DNA of 64,000 bases, taken from an uncultured Candidatus Saccharibacteria bacterium (GTDB lineage: Bacteria > Patescibacteriota > Minisyncoccia > Phycocordibacterales > DATDWN01). Positions 10,086-20,661 of this stretch are shown piece by piece (positions within the stretch are counted from its first letter, which is position 1; every line of letters starts with the position of its first letter). The position numbers and the translations under genes are program-made. The DNA is taken from contig CAZKCA010000003.1 in the NCBI GenBank assembly GCA_964551495.1, forward strand, positions 4,535-68,534. The letters are read 5' to 3'. The notes beneath the pieces were generated by a model. It made no database searches. It was not told the origin of the DNA and saw nothing but the letters and a program-made list of their open reading frames with translations.

Positions 10086-10822
10086 ACAACTATTGGTGGA
10101 GTTTTGTGGTATTTGTTTTTAATATAAGCTTCTTGAATTATAGAAAAGATGTTGCTTGTTATCCAATATAAAGATAGAGCAGCTGACATACTATAGGAAA
10201 TAAATATAACTATTATAGGGAAAAAGTATTTCATTTGAACAGACATTGCTTTTGCTATGTCATTTTGTAAACTATTTTTTGAATTTGAGTTTGGTTTATT
10301 ACTATCAGTTGCAAGTTTTACCTGAACAAAAGTTGTCAGACCAGCAACTATAGCCAAAATTATACTTTTATCTGATATATTAACTATATTTAAAAACATC
10401 ATGTTTATATATTCTGGAGCAGAAACAAAAGAATATAATATGTTTGTATTTATCTCTGGTAAACCTGACCTTATAAAAACTTGGTAGAGACCAATAACAA
10501 TAGGTAGCTGGATTAATAATATAAATATACCAACAAAAGGATTTATACCTTTTTCTTTATATAGTTCTATTGTTTTTTGAGCTAAAACCTCTCTATTGTC
10601 TTTATATTTATCTTTTACCAACTCCAAATCCTTCTCTATACTTTTCATTTGTATTTGAGATTTTGATGCTTTTATTGAAAGAGGAAGTAGAATAAATTTT
10701 ATAATAATAGTAAATATAATAACCACTATACCGGCGTCTACAAATGGTAGTGTATCTATAAGAAAAACAAGTCCATTATATAATGGATCAAAAATAACAG
10801 TATTAAAAATTGAAGAAATCAT
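10082..10822 (-). CDS. yidC: membrane protein insertase YidC/Oxa1
   Basis: 'IKFILLPL', 'LYKEKGINP', 'LLIQLP', 'LYWITSNIF'; conserved position beside rnpA. Confidence 0.95.
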   Translation of the reverse strand: MISSIFNTVIFDPLYNGLVFLIDTLPFVDAGIVVIIFTIIIKFILLPLSIKASKSQIQMKSIEKDLELVKDKYKDNREVLAQKTIELYKEKGINPFVGIFILLIQLPIVIGLYQVFIRSGLPEINTNILYSFVSAPEYINMMFLNIVNISDKSIILAIVAGLTTFVQVKLATDSNKPNSNSKNSLQNDIAKAMSVQMKYFFPIIVIFISYSMSAALSLYWITSNIFSIIQEAYIKNKYHKTPPIVV

Positions 10823-10828
10823 ATTTTG

Positions 10829-11170
10829 TTATATTAGCACGATAGAGTCTCGTAGTAAATTTATTATCTGTGTCTCTAGGTTAAAGTATGATAATTTATC
10901 AAAACCTTTTTTAAAAACAAAAAAACACATAAAACCTGGTTTTATTTTTTTAATGTTTTTAGATACAACAGAATAAGCCCTTCTTCTAAATTTATTTCTT
11001 ACAACAGCACTTTTACAGTTCTTTTTTGATATAGAAAAAGAAAATAAAGTAGGGGATTGATCTTTTTTATTGTGTAAAAAAAGAGTTAAATGTTCAGAAT
11101 TAAATTTTTTGTTGGAATTTAATAGGGTTTTAAAATAAACCCTTTGAATTCTCCTGTTTTTAGGAAGCAT
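10829..11170 (-). CDS. rnpA: ribonuclease P protein component
   Basis: MLPKNRRI start; 'SISKK..SAVVRNKFRRR' RNR-like motif. Confidence 0.9.
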   Translation of the reverse strand: MLPKNRRIQRVYFKTLLNSNKKFNSEHLTLFLHNKKDQSPTLFSFSISKKNCKSAVVRNKFRRRAYSVVSKNIKKIKPGFMCFFVFKKGFDKLSYFNLETQIINLLRDSIVLI

Positions 11171-11179
11171 TTTAAAAAA

Positions 11180-11314
11180 TTAAACAGCTAGGGCTTTTCT
11201 ACCTTTTCTTCTCCTTCTAAGGAGTGTATTTTTTCCTGTTTTTGTTTTACTTCTAACAAGAAAACCATGTGTTTTTGATCTTTTTCTTTTTTTAGGTTTA
11301 TATGTTTGGGACAT
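11180..11314 (-). CDS. rpmH: 50S ribosomal protein L34 (not in ORF track)
   Basis: Hand translation [44 protein letters not shown]; synteny with rnpA/dnaA. Confidence 0.95.
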   Translation of the reverse strand: MSQTYKPKKRKRSKTHGFLVRSKTKTGKNTLLRRRRKGRKALAV

Positions 11315-11409
11315 AAATTTTATTAACAACTTATGCACATATTATTAACATATTCAGGTTAATTTAACAAGTGTAATATTTTAAGTATTACTTATATAAT
11401 GTAGTGCAT

Positions 11410-12756
11410 ATGATGGACAACAAAAAACTTTGGGATTCAGTTTTGGTCGAAATGGAACTTAATTTATCTAAACCAAACTTCAATACATGGTTTAAAGATA
11501 CTCATATTGTAAAACAAGAAGACGGTGCTATTTATGTTGGTGTTCCAAATACTTTTGTCCAGGACTGGCTATCAAACAAATTTCATAATCTAATACTAAA
11601 AGCAATAAGAAATATTTCATCTAATATACAGTCATTACATTATGTAATATCTAAAGATGAAAATAAAATAAAACAACATTCTACAAACGAAAAGACTGTA
11701 AATATAACAAGAGAATTACCCATACAGGAGTTTTATATAAACAAAGATGATAATCTTAATCCTAAATACACATTTGAATCTTTTATTGTTGGACCATTTA
11801 ATGAATTCGCTTACGCAGCATCACAAGCTGTTATAAAAAAACCTGGAATTGTTTATAACCCATTGTTTATATACGGAAACACAGGTCACGGAAAAACACA
11901 TCTTATACAAGCTGTTGGTAACAGTATAAAAAATTCTAGTAATAGAAAGGTTTTTTATACTACTTCGGAAAAATTTAGTCAGGAATACATAAACGCATTA
12001 CAATTAAATAAACCAAACTTCTTTAAAGAAAAATATAGAAAATATGATGTTTTAATAATGGATGATATTCAGTTTTTCTCAGGAAAAATGAAAATTCAAG
12101 AAGAATTATTTCATTTATTTAATCATTTATATGAGAACAATAAACAAATAATTTTTTCATCAGATAAACACCCTGGTCTAATACAAGATCTTGAAGAAAG
12201 ATTGAAATCTAGATTTAGTGCTGGAATGATAGTTGATATACCTGCTCCAGATAATGAATCTAGAGCCGCTATTATAAAATCAAAATCAGTAACATTTCCT
12301 TATCCAATATCAAAAGAATGTATAGATTATTTAGCTTTTTCTATTAATGGAAACATAAGAGAATTAGAAGGTGTTTTAAATTCAATTTTATGTCAATGTC
12401 AGTTAAAAGAAAGGGAATTATCTTTAAATGAAATTAAGAATTTAATAAAAAACATAGCAAAACCAAAGAAAATTATATCAACAAAAGAAGTTGTTAAAAC
12501 AGTATCTGAGTTTTACAACATTGAGGAACAACTTATTTATGACAAAACAAGAAAAAAAGAAATAATAAAACCTAGACAAATAATAATGTATATATTAAGA
12601 GAAGATTTTAATATATCTTACCCAGCAATAGGGGAAAAATTAGGTGGTAGAGATCATACTACAGTTATGCATTCATGTGAAAAAATTAAAAATGATATAA
12701 AAATAGATGAATCTTTGAATCAAGAAATTAACCAATTAAGATCTATTCTTGTGTAA
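11410..12756 (+). CDS. dnaA: chromosomal replication initiator DnaA
   Basis: LNPKYTFESF, GNTGHGKTHL, DDIQF, QEELFHLFN, GGRDHTTVMH. Confidence 0.99.
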   Translation: MMDNKKLWDSVLVEMELNLSKPNFNTWFKDTHIVKQEDGAIYVGVPNTFVQDWLSNKFHNLILKAIRNISSNIQSLHYVISKDENKIKQHSTNEKTVNITRELPIQEFYINKDDNLNPKYTFESFIVGPFNEFAYAASQAVIKKPGIVYNPLFIYGNTGHGKTHLIQAVGNSIKNSSNRKVFYTTSEKFSQEYINALQLNKPNFFKEKYRKYDVLIMDDIQFFSGKMKIQEELFHLFNHLYENNKQIIFSSDKHPGLIQDLEERLKSRFSAGMIVDIPAPDNESRAAIIKSKSVTFPYPISKECIDYLAFSINGNIRELEGVLNSILCQCQLKERELSLNEIKNLIKNIAKPKKIISTKEVVKTVSEFYNIEEQLIYDKTRKKEIIKPRQIIMYILREDFNISYPAIGEKLGGRDHTTVMHSCEKIKNDIKIDESLNQEINQLRSILV

Positions 12757-12976
12757 AAGTATGTGTATAAACTGTTATTTATGTGAATATATTTATTTTA
12801 CAAATTGTGTATAAATGTATATAAATAGTGTTATATATATCTTATATATAAATTTATATATAGTTTATACACAGGTCCTATTACAAATTAATGGCTTAAA
12901 ATAAGGATTTTATATACTTATCAAGATATTAACACCCCTAATAGTAATAAGATTTAAAAAAATAAAATTAAATACT
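12757..12976. other. replication origin oriC
   Basis: dnaA-dnaN intergenic region; DnaA boxes TGTGTATAA 12762-12770 and 12806-12814, TTATACACA 12865-12873; AT/TA-rich tract; further box TTATGCACA 11331-11339 upstream of dnaA. Confidence 0.85.
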
Positions 12977-14074
12977 ATGAATATAGAATGTGTAAAAGAT
13001 AAACTAGTAAAAGATCTATCTAAAGCTGAAAAAATAACAGGTAAAAATATAACATTACCTATATTAAACTGTGTTTTACTTGAGGCTAATGATTCTACTT
13101 TAACAATTAAATCAACAAATCTTGATTTAGGAATAGAAATAAAAGTTCCAGTAAAAGTTAATAAACCAGGAAAAACAGCTGTTCCTGGTTCTGTTTTAAA
13201 TAACTTTATAAGTAATCTTAATGATAAAAACTTAAATATAGAGGTTTTAGATAATACATTAAACATATCAAGTAAACACTCTAGTTCTCAAATAAAAACA
13301 TACCCAATAGAAGATTTTCCAAATATACCAAAAGTATCAGATGAAAAGTTTTTTAGTATAAACACTAATGATTTTATAAAAGGTTTAAAATCTGTAATGT
13401 ATAGTGCTTCAGTATCATCTATAAGACCTGTTTTATCTAGTGTTTTGGTTTATTCAGAAGAAGAAAAATTATTTTTTGTTGCAACAGATTCTTTTAGACT
13501 AGCTGAAAAAAATATAAAAATTAAAAAACATATAGACATAGAGCCTATACTTATACCTTTTAAAAATATACCTGAAATAATAAGGGTTTTAGAGGATATA
13601 AAAGGTGATATAACTGTTTTTGTAAATGAAAATCAAATAGCTTTTGTTTATGAAGGTATGTATTTAATTTCAAGAATAATAGATGGTAATTTTCCAGATT
13701 ATAGACAAATTATACCTAAAGAAACAAAAACAGAGGTTACTGTTTTAAAACAAGATTTAATAAATACTTTAAAAATATCAAATATATTTTCAGATAAATT
13801 TAATCAGGTTATTTTTGATATATCAACAAATAATAAAAGTTTTAATATAAGTACAAAAAATTTAGATGTAGGACAAAATACAAACTCAATAGATGCTGTT
13901 ATAAAAGGGAATGACTTATCTATTAGTTTTAATTATAAATACATAATAGACTGTTTTCAGTCTATAGAATCAGATAGTGTTGTTTTACAGTTTTCTGATA
14001 CAAACAAACCTATGATTATAAAAGGAGTTTCAGATAATAGTTTTCTTTATTTGGTAATGCCAATGAATAAATAA
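12977..14074 (+). CDS. dnaN: DNA polymerase III beta clamp
   Basis: LPILNCVLL, ATDSFRLAE, SRIIDGNFPDY, YLVMPM. Confidence 0.98.
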   Translation: MNIECVKDKLVKDLSKAEKITGKNITLPILNCVLLEANDSTLTIKSTNLDLGIEIKVPVKVNKPGKTAVPGSVLNNFISNLNDKNLNIEVLDNTLNISSKHSSSQIKTYPIEDFPNIPKVSDEKFFSINTNDFIKGLKSVMYSASVSSIRPVLSSVLVYSEEEKLFFVATDSFRLAEKNIKIKKHIDIEPILIPFKNIPEIIRVLEDIKGDITVFVNENQIAFVYEGMYLISRIIDGNFPDYRQIIPKETKTEVTVLKQDLINTLKISNIFSDKFNQVIFDISTNNKSFNISTKNLDVGQNTNSIDAVIKGNDLSISFNYKYIIDCFQSIESDSVVLQFSDTNKPMIIKGVSDNSFLYLVMPMNK

Positions 14075-14075
14075 A

Positions 14076-14321
14076 ATGTTTAATATATCTTCTTTTTTAT
14101 CTAAATTTTCAAAAAACATTAAAGATAATTATTTAATAAAAGAAGAAATAATTAAAAATGTTTTAAAAATAACAAATATAGAATTAAAACCAGATGATAT
14201 TGTTATTAAAAACAATATTCTTTATTTAAATATAACCCCTGTTTATAAAAATAAAATTTTTATAAACAAAAAAGATATACTTTTAAATATATCTTCTTTT
14301 AATATTGTTGATATAAGGTAA
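14076..14321 (+). CDS. small hypothetical protein, possibly DciA/DUF721-like
   Basis: Directly after dnaN; 'IKNNILYLNITPVYKNKIFINKKDIL' resembles a DUF721 core. Confidence 0.5.
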   Translation: MFNISSFLSKFSKNIKDNYLIKEEIIKNVLKITNIELKPDDIVIKNNILYLNITPVYKNKIFINKKDILLNISSFNIVDIR

Positions 14322-14324
14322 TTT

Positions 14325-16517
14325 TTAATTAAAACCTTGATTTTGGGCCCATATCCTTACAGGATATTCCCACCTTGTAAACTGTGGATCAGACTCTGGA
14401 TTTTGAGGTATAGGACCCCTAGGGTTATCTTTATCAACCCAATATAGTATAGAATGTACACCACCTGTTAAAACCTCTTGTATTGAGTTATATGGAACGT
14501 TTGGATCTATTTGACCTTGAACTATGTTAGACACACCACCTTGCCATTTACCCCTTAATACAGGCTTTAAATCATATGAATCTTCTACTAAAGGTTTTGT
14601 AAAGTTTTCTTGAGGTCTTTCTTTTAACACCTCATTCATAAACTCTCTCCACATAGGAGCAACAATTAAACCAGAAACTTTTCTTTCCATAGGGGTATTA
14701 TCATTATTTCCAGCCCATGTACCAATAACAATATTTGGAGTATAACCAATTATCCAAGCATCCCTATAATCATTTGTTGTTCCAGTTTTTACTGCAACAT
14801 CTCTACCTTGGAAATACAATGGTGAATTTGATCCATATAAAGGTATTCTTGCAACATTATCAGATAATACATCAGATAATTTTCTTGTATATTCTGGTTC
14901 TATTATTTGTATTGGTCTAGGTGTGTATTCCTCATAAATCCTTCCATTTTTATCTTCAATTTTTAATACAGCAAAGTGGTTGTTTTTTATACCTTCATTT
15001 GCAAAAACACCATAAGCAGAGGTCATATCAAGTAAGGTAACCTCTCCACCTCCCAAAACAAGAGTTAAACCATACTGGTTTGCGTTTGATAGTGTTGTTA
15101 TACCTAAATCTCTAGCTAAATTTATAGCATTGTTAACTCCCACCAAATATAATAATTTAACAGCCGGCACGTTTATTGATTGAGCTAAAGCATTTCTTAA
15201 ATTAACAGGACCCCTGTATTTATCATCATAATTATTTGGTGAGTAACAAGGTCCAATACTGGTCATGTTATCTGGTGAACAAGAGGTTGAAAACTGTGTT
15301 TTTAGGTCAAATAGTATTGTTTCTGGGGTATAACCTTTTATAAACGAAGCTATATAAACAAAAGGTTTAAATGTTGATCCTGGTTGTCTTTTGGCTAAGG
15401 TAACATTAAATTGTCCATCTATTTCTTTATCAAAATAGTCTCTTGACCCAACCATGGTAAGTATAGCTCCTGTTTTAGGATCTATAGCCACAAAAGCTGC
15501 ATTTTCTCCATTGAAAGCTTCTTTATTTATAAAACCATATTTTTTTGCTATTTCTTCAGCTTTTATTTGGTAATCATAGTTTAATGTTGTGGTTACTTTT
15601 AATCCTCCTCTTATTAAAACATCTTCACCATATTTTTTTTCTAGATAATCTTTAACATACATCACAAAATGAGGGGCTTTGATTCCTTTGTCAGCTCTTG
15701 GTAGAAAAACAACTTCTTCTTTAATAGCCTCATCGTATTCTGCTTGTGTTATAGAGCCATCTTTTAACATTTCACTAAGTATTAAGTTTTTTCTTTCATC
15801 CAACCTATCTTTATTTTTTCCATAAGGTGAGTAAAAAGAAGGTGCTTGTGGTAAAGCTGCAATATAAGCAGCTTCTGCTAATGTGACATCACTAGCACTT
15901 TTGCCAAAAAAGTTTTGACTAGCTTCTTCTACACCATATAGAGCCCCACCATAAGGTATTTCATTTAGGTAAGTAGAAAATATTTCTTCTTTAGACATAA
16001 CCCTTTCAAGTTTAATAGCTAAAACCCACTCTTTTATTTTTCTAGATACATCTTTATCATCAACCAACATTGTTTTTTTAACAACTTGTTGGGTTATTGT
16101 TGATCCTCCTTGGCTAAAACTTAATGTTGATATATTAATAAGTATTGCTCTCAAAAAAGCTAAAGGTTTTATACCTTTGTGTCTATAAAAATCTTTATCC
16201 TCTATGGCTATAGTTGCTGATTTTATGTAAGGAGATATTTCATCAAATGGTATAACTGTTCTTTTTGAATCTTGGTAAATATCATAAAGTAAAATTTTTC
16301 CTGTATTGTCATATATTTTTGTAGATTGACTAACTCTTCTTGCTTCAAGTGTGTCTATAGCGGGTATTTTAAAGGTAGAAATCCAAACAAAAAAAAGACC
16401 ACCTATAACAATAAAACAAGAAACAAAAAACAGGATTGTGTTCCTTAGTCCGTGTTTTTTGTATTGTTTTTTTGTTCCAACTAGTAAAGAATTTAATCTT
16501 TTTCTCATTATTCTCAT
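14325..16517 (-). CDS. class A penicillin-binding protein (transglycosylase/transpeptidase)
   Basis: EDKDFY.H, QGGSTITQQ, RKIKE, QPGSTFKP (SxxK), SIN, KTGT. Confidence 0.95.
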   Translation of the reverse strand: MRIMRKRLNSLLVGTKKQYKKHGLRNTILFFVSCFIVIGGLFFVWISTFKIPAIDTLEARRVSQSTKIYDNTGKILLYDIYQDSKRTVIPFDEISPYIKSATIAIEDKDFYRHKGIKPLAFLRAILINISTLSFSQGGSTITQQVVKKTMLVDDKDVSRKIKEWVLAIKLERVMSKEEIFSTYLNEIPYGGALYGVEEASQNFFGKSASDVTLAEAAYIAALPQAPSFYSPYGKNKDRLDERKNLILSEMLKDGSITQAEYDEAIKEEVVFLPRADKGIKAPHFVMYVKDYLEKKYGEDVLIRGGLKVTTTLNYDYQIKAEEIAKKYGFINKEAFNGENAAFVAIDPKTGAILTMVGSRDYFDKEIDGQFNVTLAKRQPGSTFKPFVYIASFIKGYTPETILFDLKTQFSTSCSPDNMTSIGPCYSPNNYDDKYRGPVNLRNALAQSINVPAVKLLYLVGVNNAINLARDLGITTLSNANQYGLTLVLGGGEVTLLDMTSAYGVFANEGIKNNHFAVLKIEDKNGRIYEEYTPRPIQIIEPEYTRKLSDVLSDNVARIPLYGSNSPLYFQGRDVAVKTGTTNDYRDAWIIGYTPNIVIGTWAGNNDNTPMERKVSGLIVAPMWREFMNEVLKERPQENFTKPLVEDSYDLKPVLRGKWQGGVSNIVQGQIDPNVPYNSIQEVLTGGVHSILYWVDKDNPRGPIPQNPESDPQFTRWEYPVRIWAQNQGFN

Positions 16518-16546
16518 GTTACCATAAATGTGATAAAATATGTAGT

Positions 16547-17749
16547 ATGTTTGGTTTTTCTAAAAACAAAATAGATACTGATGAAAATAAGATTGAAGAT
16601 ATTCTGAAAAGGAACACAGAAGATGTTTTTGTTTATGAGAGTTTAAAAAATAAACTTTTGTCAGGAAAACAACTAAGAGTTAAGCTTGGTTTTGACCCAA
16701 CAGGATCAAAAATACACATAGGTAGGGCCTCTATTTTAAGAAAATTAAAATCTTTTCAGGATTTGGGACATCAAATTGTCTTTATTGTTGGTGATTTCAC
16801 TGCTCAAATAGGTGATCCTTCTGATAAATTAGAAAAAAGACCTTTTTTATCTAGAGAAGATATTTTAAAAAATTTAAAAGACTATAAACAACAAATTGGT
16901 AAAATAATAGATGTTTCTAAAGCAGAATTTCTTTTTAATAGTAAATGGTTGTCCAAATTAAACCTTGAAGAGGTTGCCAAATTGGCAGAAAGTTTTTCGG
17001 TGGGGCAAATGTTAAACAGAAGAAATTTTAAAGATAGATTTGAAAAAGGCACTGAGATTTCTTTAAGAGAATTTTTATATCCTCTAATGCAAGGGTATGA
17101 TTCTGTTATTGTTTCAGCTGATATTGAGATTGGTGGTTTTGACCAACTTTTCAATCTTAAGGCTGGTAGGGTTATTCAAAAATACTATGGTAAACCAGAA
17201 CAAGACATAATGACCGTTAAAATGTTAGAGGGAACAGATGGTAGGAAAATGTCTACAAGTTGGGGTAATGTTATAAACATAGTAGATGATCCATATGATA
17301 TGTATGGAAAAGTAATGTCTATAAAAGACAGTTTGATCTATAACTATTTTCTTTCTTGCACAGATTTACCTATTTTAGAAATAGAAAATATTGCCAAAGA
17401 ATTAGAACAAAAAGAAAATTATAAAGAAGTAAAATCTAGATTAGCTAAAGAAATTGTTACTCTTTACCACGGGAAAGATTTAGCAGAAAAAGCATATAAA
17501 AATTTTGAAGAAACTTTTTCTAAAGGGGGAATACCAGAGGATATATTAAAAATAAATATTGCAGAAAACACACCACTTGTAGATGTTTTACTTGATCAAA
17601 AAATAGTAGAATCAAAAACAGAGTGGAGAAGACTTGTAGGAGACGGGGCTGTTTCAAAAGATGGTGTTAAAATTGAAGATTCAAATACTAATTCAATTAA
17701 GGGTGTTTATAAAATAGGTAAAAGAAGATTTGTAGAGATTATAAATTAA
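16547..17749 (+). CDS. tyrS: tyrosine--tRNA ligase
   Basis: GFDPT..HIG, YPLMQGYD, GGFDQ.FN, KMSTS; start moved to ATG 16547 to avoid overlap. Confidence 0.97.
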   Translation: MFGFSKNKIDTDENKIEDILKRNTEDVFVYESLKNKLLSGKQLRVKLGFDPTGSKIHIGRASILRKLKSFQDLGHQIVFIVGDFTAQIGDPSDKLEKRPFLSREDILKNLKDYKQQIGKIIDVSKAEFLFNSKWLSKLNLEEVAKLAESFSVGQMLNRRNFKDRFEKGTEISLREFLYPLMQGYDSVIVSADIEIGGFDQLFNLKAGRVIQKYYGKPEQDIMTVKMLEGTDGRKMSTSWGNVINIVDDPYDMYGKVMSIKDSLIYNYFLSCTDLPILEIENIAKELEQKENYKEVKSRLAKEIVTLYHGKDLAEKAYKNFEETFSKGGIPEDILKINIAENTPLVDVLLDQKIVESKTEWRRLVGDGAVSKDGVKIEDSNTNSIKGVYKIGKRRFVEIIN

Positions 17750-17779
17750 AAAAACCGGACTAGTCCGGTTTTTTTAATT
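17744..17779. terminator. bidirectional intrinsic terminator (perfect 36-bp palindrome)
   Basis: AATT-A7-CCGGACTAGTCCGG-T7-AATT between convergent genes. Confidence 0.85.
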
Positions 17780-17972
17780 AAATATTGTAATCGTCGTCGT
17801 AAGAGTCACCATCGACATCTTCTTCTTCAGCATCAGCCAAATCTTCTAAAGAATCTTCTTCATCAAAATCCTTTTTTCCTTTTTTAACACCTAATTCGTC
17901 TTCTGCTTCTTCTAAATCAGCATCATCTATAGTTTCCTCATCTAAATCTTTTGGATCCAATTCGTCGTTCAT
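17778..17972 (-). CDS. small highly acidic protein
   Basis: 64-aa D/E-rich ORF ending at the terminator. Confidence 0.65.
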   Translation of the reverse strand: MNDELDPKDLDEETIDDADLEEAEDELGVKKGKKDFDEEDSLEDLADAEEEDVDGDSYDDDYNI

Positions 17973-18093
17973 ATTTTATTTAAAAATATCTTATAAATTT
18001 TTCTGCAAAATAGAATATTTCACAGGGTTTTCATATTTTTACCAAATTATACTTCTTTTGCAAATATGTTTTTTGGCAAAATGTGTGGATAAG

Positions 18094-18567
18094 TTACCTT
18101 ATTGTGGCTAGATGTGTCAAGCCTATGGCAATAGCATCAAATTCATCATCTGAACTGGTTTCTTTATTTATTTTAATAAGTTTTTTAACCATATTTATAA
18201 TCTGGTTTTTGTCACTCCTACCATAACTTGTTATGGCTATTTTTATATCTATTGGTGTATATTCAAAAATATCTAAACCAAAATTTTTTGCGCAGTAGAG
18301 TATTACTCCTCTTGCTTCTGAAACAAAAAGAGCTGTCTTTGTGTTTTTTGCAAAAAAAAGTTTTTCTGTAGCTAGAGATTCTGGTTTGTGTTTTTTTATA
18401 ACCTCTTCTATTTTATTTCCAATAAGAGTAAGTCTTTCTGGGTGAGAAAGTTTTTTATCTGTTTTAAAACATTCAGAATAAACCAAAATCTCTTTTTCTT
18501 TGCCTTTTTTTTCCAAAATAGCCAAACCAAGTCTTTCATAACCAGGGTCAATTGAGATAATTTTCAT
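18094..18567 (-). CDS. ruvC: Holliday junction resolvase RuvC
   Basis: IISIDPG, E.LFF..N, EARGV, EYTP, DAIAI. Confidence 0.95.
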   Translation of the reverse strand: MKIISIDPGYERLGLAILEKKGKEKEILVYSECFKTDKKLSHPERLTLIGNKIEEVIKKHKPESLATEKLFFAKNTKTALFVSEARGVILYCAKNFGLDIFEYTPIDIKIAITSYGRSDKNQIINMVKKLIKINKETSSDDEFDAIAIGLTHLATIR

Positions 18568-18617
18568 ACAAAAACTGTAACATAAATTTATAGTTAGTTA
18601 AACAAAACCACGTCGAA

Positions 18618-18708
18618 GGTGTATGTTTTCTGAAACATTGCGAGCGCGACGGCGCGAACACGAGGAAAATTTTAGCAAAAATTTATCCGTTTTCAGAAAA
18701 TATACACC
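18618..18708. repeat. intergenic palindromic element (18-bp inverted repeats)
   Basis: GGTGTATGTTTTCTGAAA (18618-18635) vs TTTCAGAAAATATACACC (18691-18708), 17/18 match. Confidence 0.6.
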
Positions 18709-18763
18709 AAGACAAAGTTTTTGTTAGTTGAGGACGTTTTGAAAAAATGAGCACAACAAACTT

Positions 18764-19294
18764 TTACTCAGCATTAGTATAAACATTCTGAACATCATCA
18801 TTCTCTTCTAATTCATCAACAAGTTCACCAAGTTTTTGACCATCTTCATCTGAGAGGGGAATAGTTGTTTTTGGAATCCATTCCATATCAGCAGTTCTTT
18901 CAAAAGCCCAAGTAGCAGCTCCTATACCAGCCAAACTATAACCATTTTTTGATAGAGCATGTTTTACCTCTTGAGCAGACTTGTTTCTATTGTCTGTTAA
19001 AACATCTATAACGATAGCACATCCACCTGGGCCATATGCTTCATATGTAATAGATTCCATTTCACCACCTGCTTCTGTAGATTTTTTTATAGCTCTTTCT
19101 ATGTTGTCATTTGGTACATTTTCAGCTTTGGCTTTTTCGATAGCCCTTCTCAATCCAGGGGACTCTAAATTACCACCAGCTTTTTTGGCTTCAACTGTTA
19201 TAAGCCTGACCATTTTGCCAAAAATCTTTGATTTTTGAGCATCAGTTTTTTCTTTTTGTCTTTTTATTTTAGACCATTTATTATGTCCTGCCAT
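18764..19294 (-). CDS. yebC: YebC/PmpR family protein (short form)
   Basis: MAGHNKWSKIK, YEAYGPGG, TDNRN, DDVQNVYTN. Confidence 0.95.
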   Translation of the reverse strand: MAGHNKWSKIKRQKEKTDAQKSKIFGKMVRLITVEAKKAGGNLESPGLRRAIEKAKAENVPNDNIERAIKKSTEAGGEMESITYEAYGPGGCAIVIDVLTDNRNKSAQEVKHALSKNGYSLAGIGAATWAFERTADMEWIPKTTIPLSDEDGQKLGELVDELEENDDVQNVYTNAE

Positions 19295-19324
19295 ATATTC
19301 GTATTCTACAAAATAAATTTATTT

Positions 19325-20326
19325 TTACAACAAAGAGGGATTGTTTTTACCTAAATGTTTATAACCCAAGTCTGTTATTATTCTTCCTCTAGGTGTTCTC
19401 TCTAAGAAACCAAGTTGGATTAAGTATGGTTCATTAAACTCTTCAATAGTTGCTTGTTCTTCAGACATGGCTGCTGCCAATGTATTTAGTCCTACAGGTC
19501 CACCACCAAATTTGTTTATTATGGTTAGCATTATTTCTCTATCAGAAGGAGAAAGACCACATTCATCTATACCAAGCATAGAAAGAGCGCTAGAAACAGA
19601 TTCTTTATCTAGTTCTTTTTTGTGTACTTGAGCATAGTCTCTACATCTTTTTATAAAATAGTTGGCTGTTCTCGGGGTAAATCTGCTTCTTTTTGCAATT
19701 TCTTCACTGGCTTCAGAAGAAAGTTCTATTCCTAAAATTTTTGCAGACCTTGTAATTATTTTCTGTATCTCTTTGTTTGTATAAAAATCTAACTTGAAAA
19801 CTCCACCAGAAAACCTAGATCTCAGAGGAGAGGAGAGCATAGCTATTCTTGTGGTAGCCCCTATCAATGTAAAAGGAGGAAGTTCTAGTTGGATTGTTCT
19901 GGCACTTGGACCTTTTCCGATAATAATATCCAACGAACCAGATTCCATAGCAGGGTATAAAACTTCTTCAATGGTTTTATTTAATCTGTGTATTTCGTCT
20001 ATAAAAAGTATATCTCCAGAGGAAAGATTTGTAAGAATAGAGGCAAGGTCGCCAACTTTTTCAATGGCTGGTCCAGATGTAACTTTCATTTGAGTTCCAA
20101 TTTCTTTTGAAATAAGGTGGGCTAAGGTTGTTTTACCTAAACCTGGTGGGCCATAAAAAAGTATATGTTCTGGGGGATGCTGCCTTTCTTTTGCTGCTGT
20201 AAGTAGAATATGAAGATTATTTTTTATGTTTTCTTGACCTATATATTCATCCCATCTAGATGGTCTAAGGGTTGTATCTAAAAAAAGAGAGTCTTTTTCA
20301 ATTATATTTTCATCCAGTTTGCTCAT
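19325..20326 (-). CDS. ruvB: Holliday junction helicase RuvB
   Basis: LRP...EYIGQ, GPPGLGKTTLA, FIDEIHRL, LYPAME, GPVGL, EPYL, RTPRGR. Confidence 0.98.
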   Translation of the reverse strand: MSKLDENIIEKDSLFLDTTLRPSRWDEYIGQENIKNNLHILLTAAKERQHPPEHILFYGPPGLGKTTLAHLISKEIGTQMKVTSGPAIEKVGDLASILTNLSSGDILFIDEIHRLNKTIEEVLYPAMESGSLDIIIGKGPSARTIQLELPPFTLIGATTRIAMLSSPLRSRFSGGVFKLDFYTNKEIQKIITRSAKILGIELSSEASEEIAKRSRFTPRTANYFIKRCRDYAQVHKKELDKESVSSALSMLGIDECGLSPSDREIMLTIINKFGGGPVGLNTLAAAMSEEQATIEEFNEPYLIQLGFLERTPRGRIITDLGYKHLGKNNPSLL

Positions 20327-20493
20327 ATATCGTTAATTATACTAAAAAAACTGTGGTCCTAGTAGTAGATCAAAAAATGACTACAAATTTCAATAGGTTT
20401 CAAGCTTTGCTTTGACACCCATTGACATAAAAAGTTTTTTATGCTAAACTACCGATGCTGTTGAAAAAAGTAGTTTTTTTAGTATTATCATAT

Positions 20494-20661
20494 GGTTCCA
20501 AAATATAAATCTCTAAGCAACTAAGCTTTTGGCTTACGAGTGTTTCTACGAGGACGTTCTGGTTATTACTTTGTGTAATATGCTGGAGCCATCCTTTGTA
20601 AAATACTTAGCTTTTGGTATTGAGTATTGAAAGTGTTGCTTAGAGATTTATGTCTTGGAAC
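20494..20661 (+). ncRNA. ssrS: putative 6S RNA
   Basis: 27-bp closing stem (20495-20521 with 20635-20661), central bubble, long G-U-rich apical stem; upstream TTGAAA-16-TATTAT; downstream terminator. Confidence 0.6.

Noticed and set aside
18084-18092. Isolated perfect DnaA box TGTGGATAA as a second origin
   Set aside because: Single box without cluster; the dnaA-dnaN spacer is the better oriC
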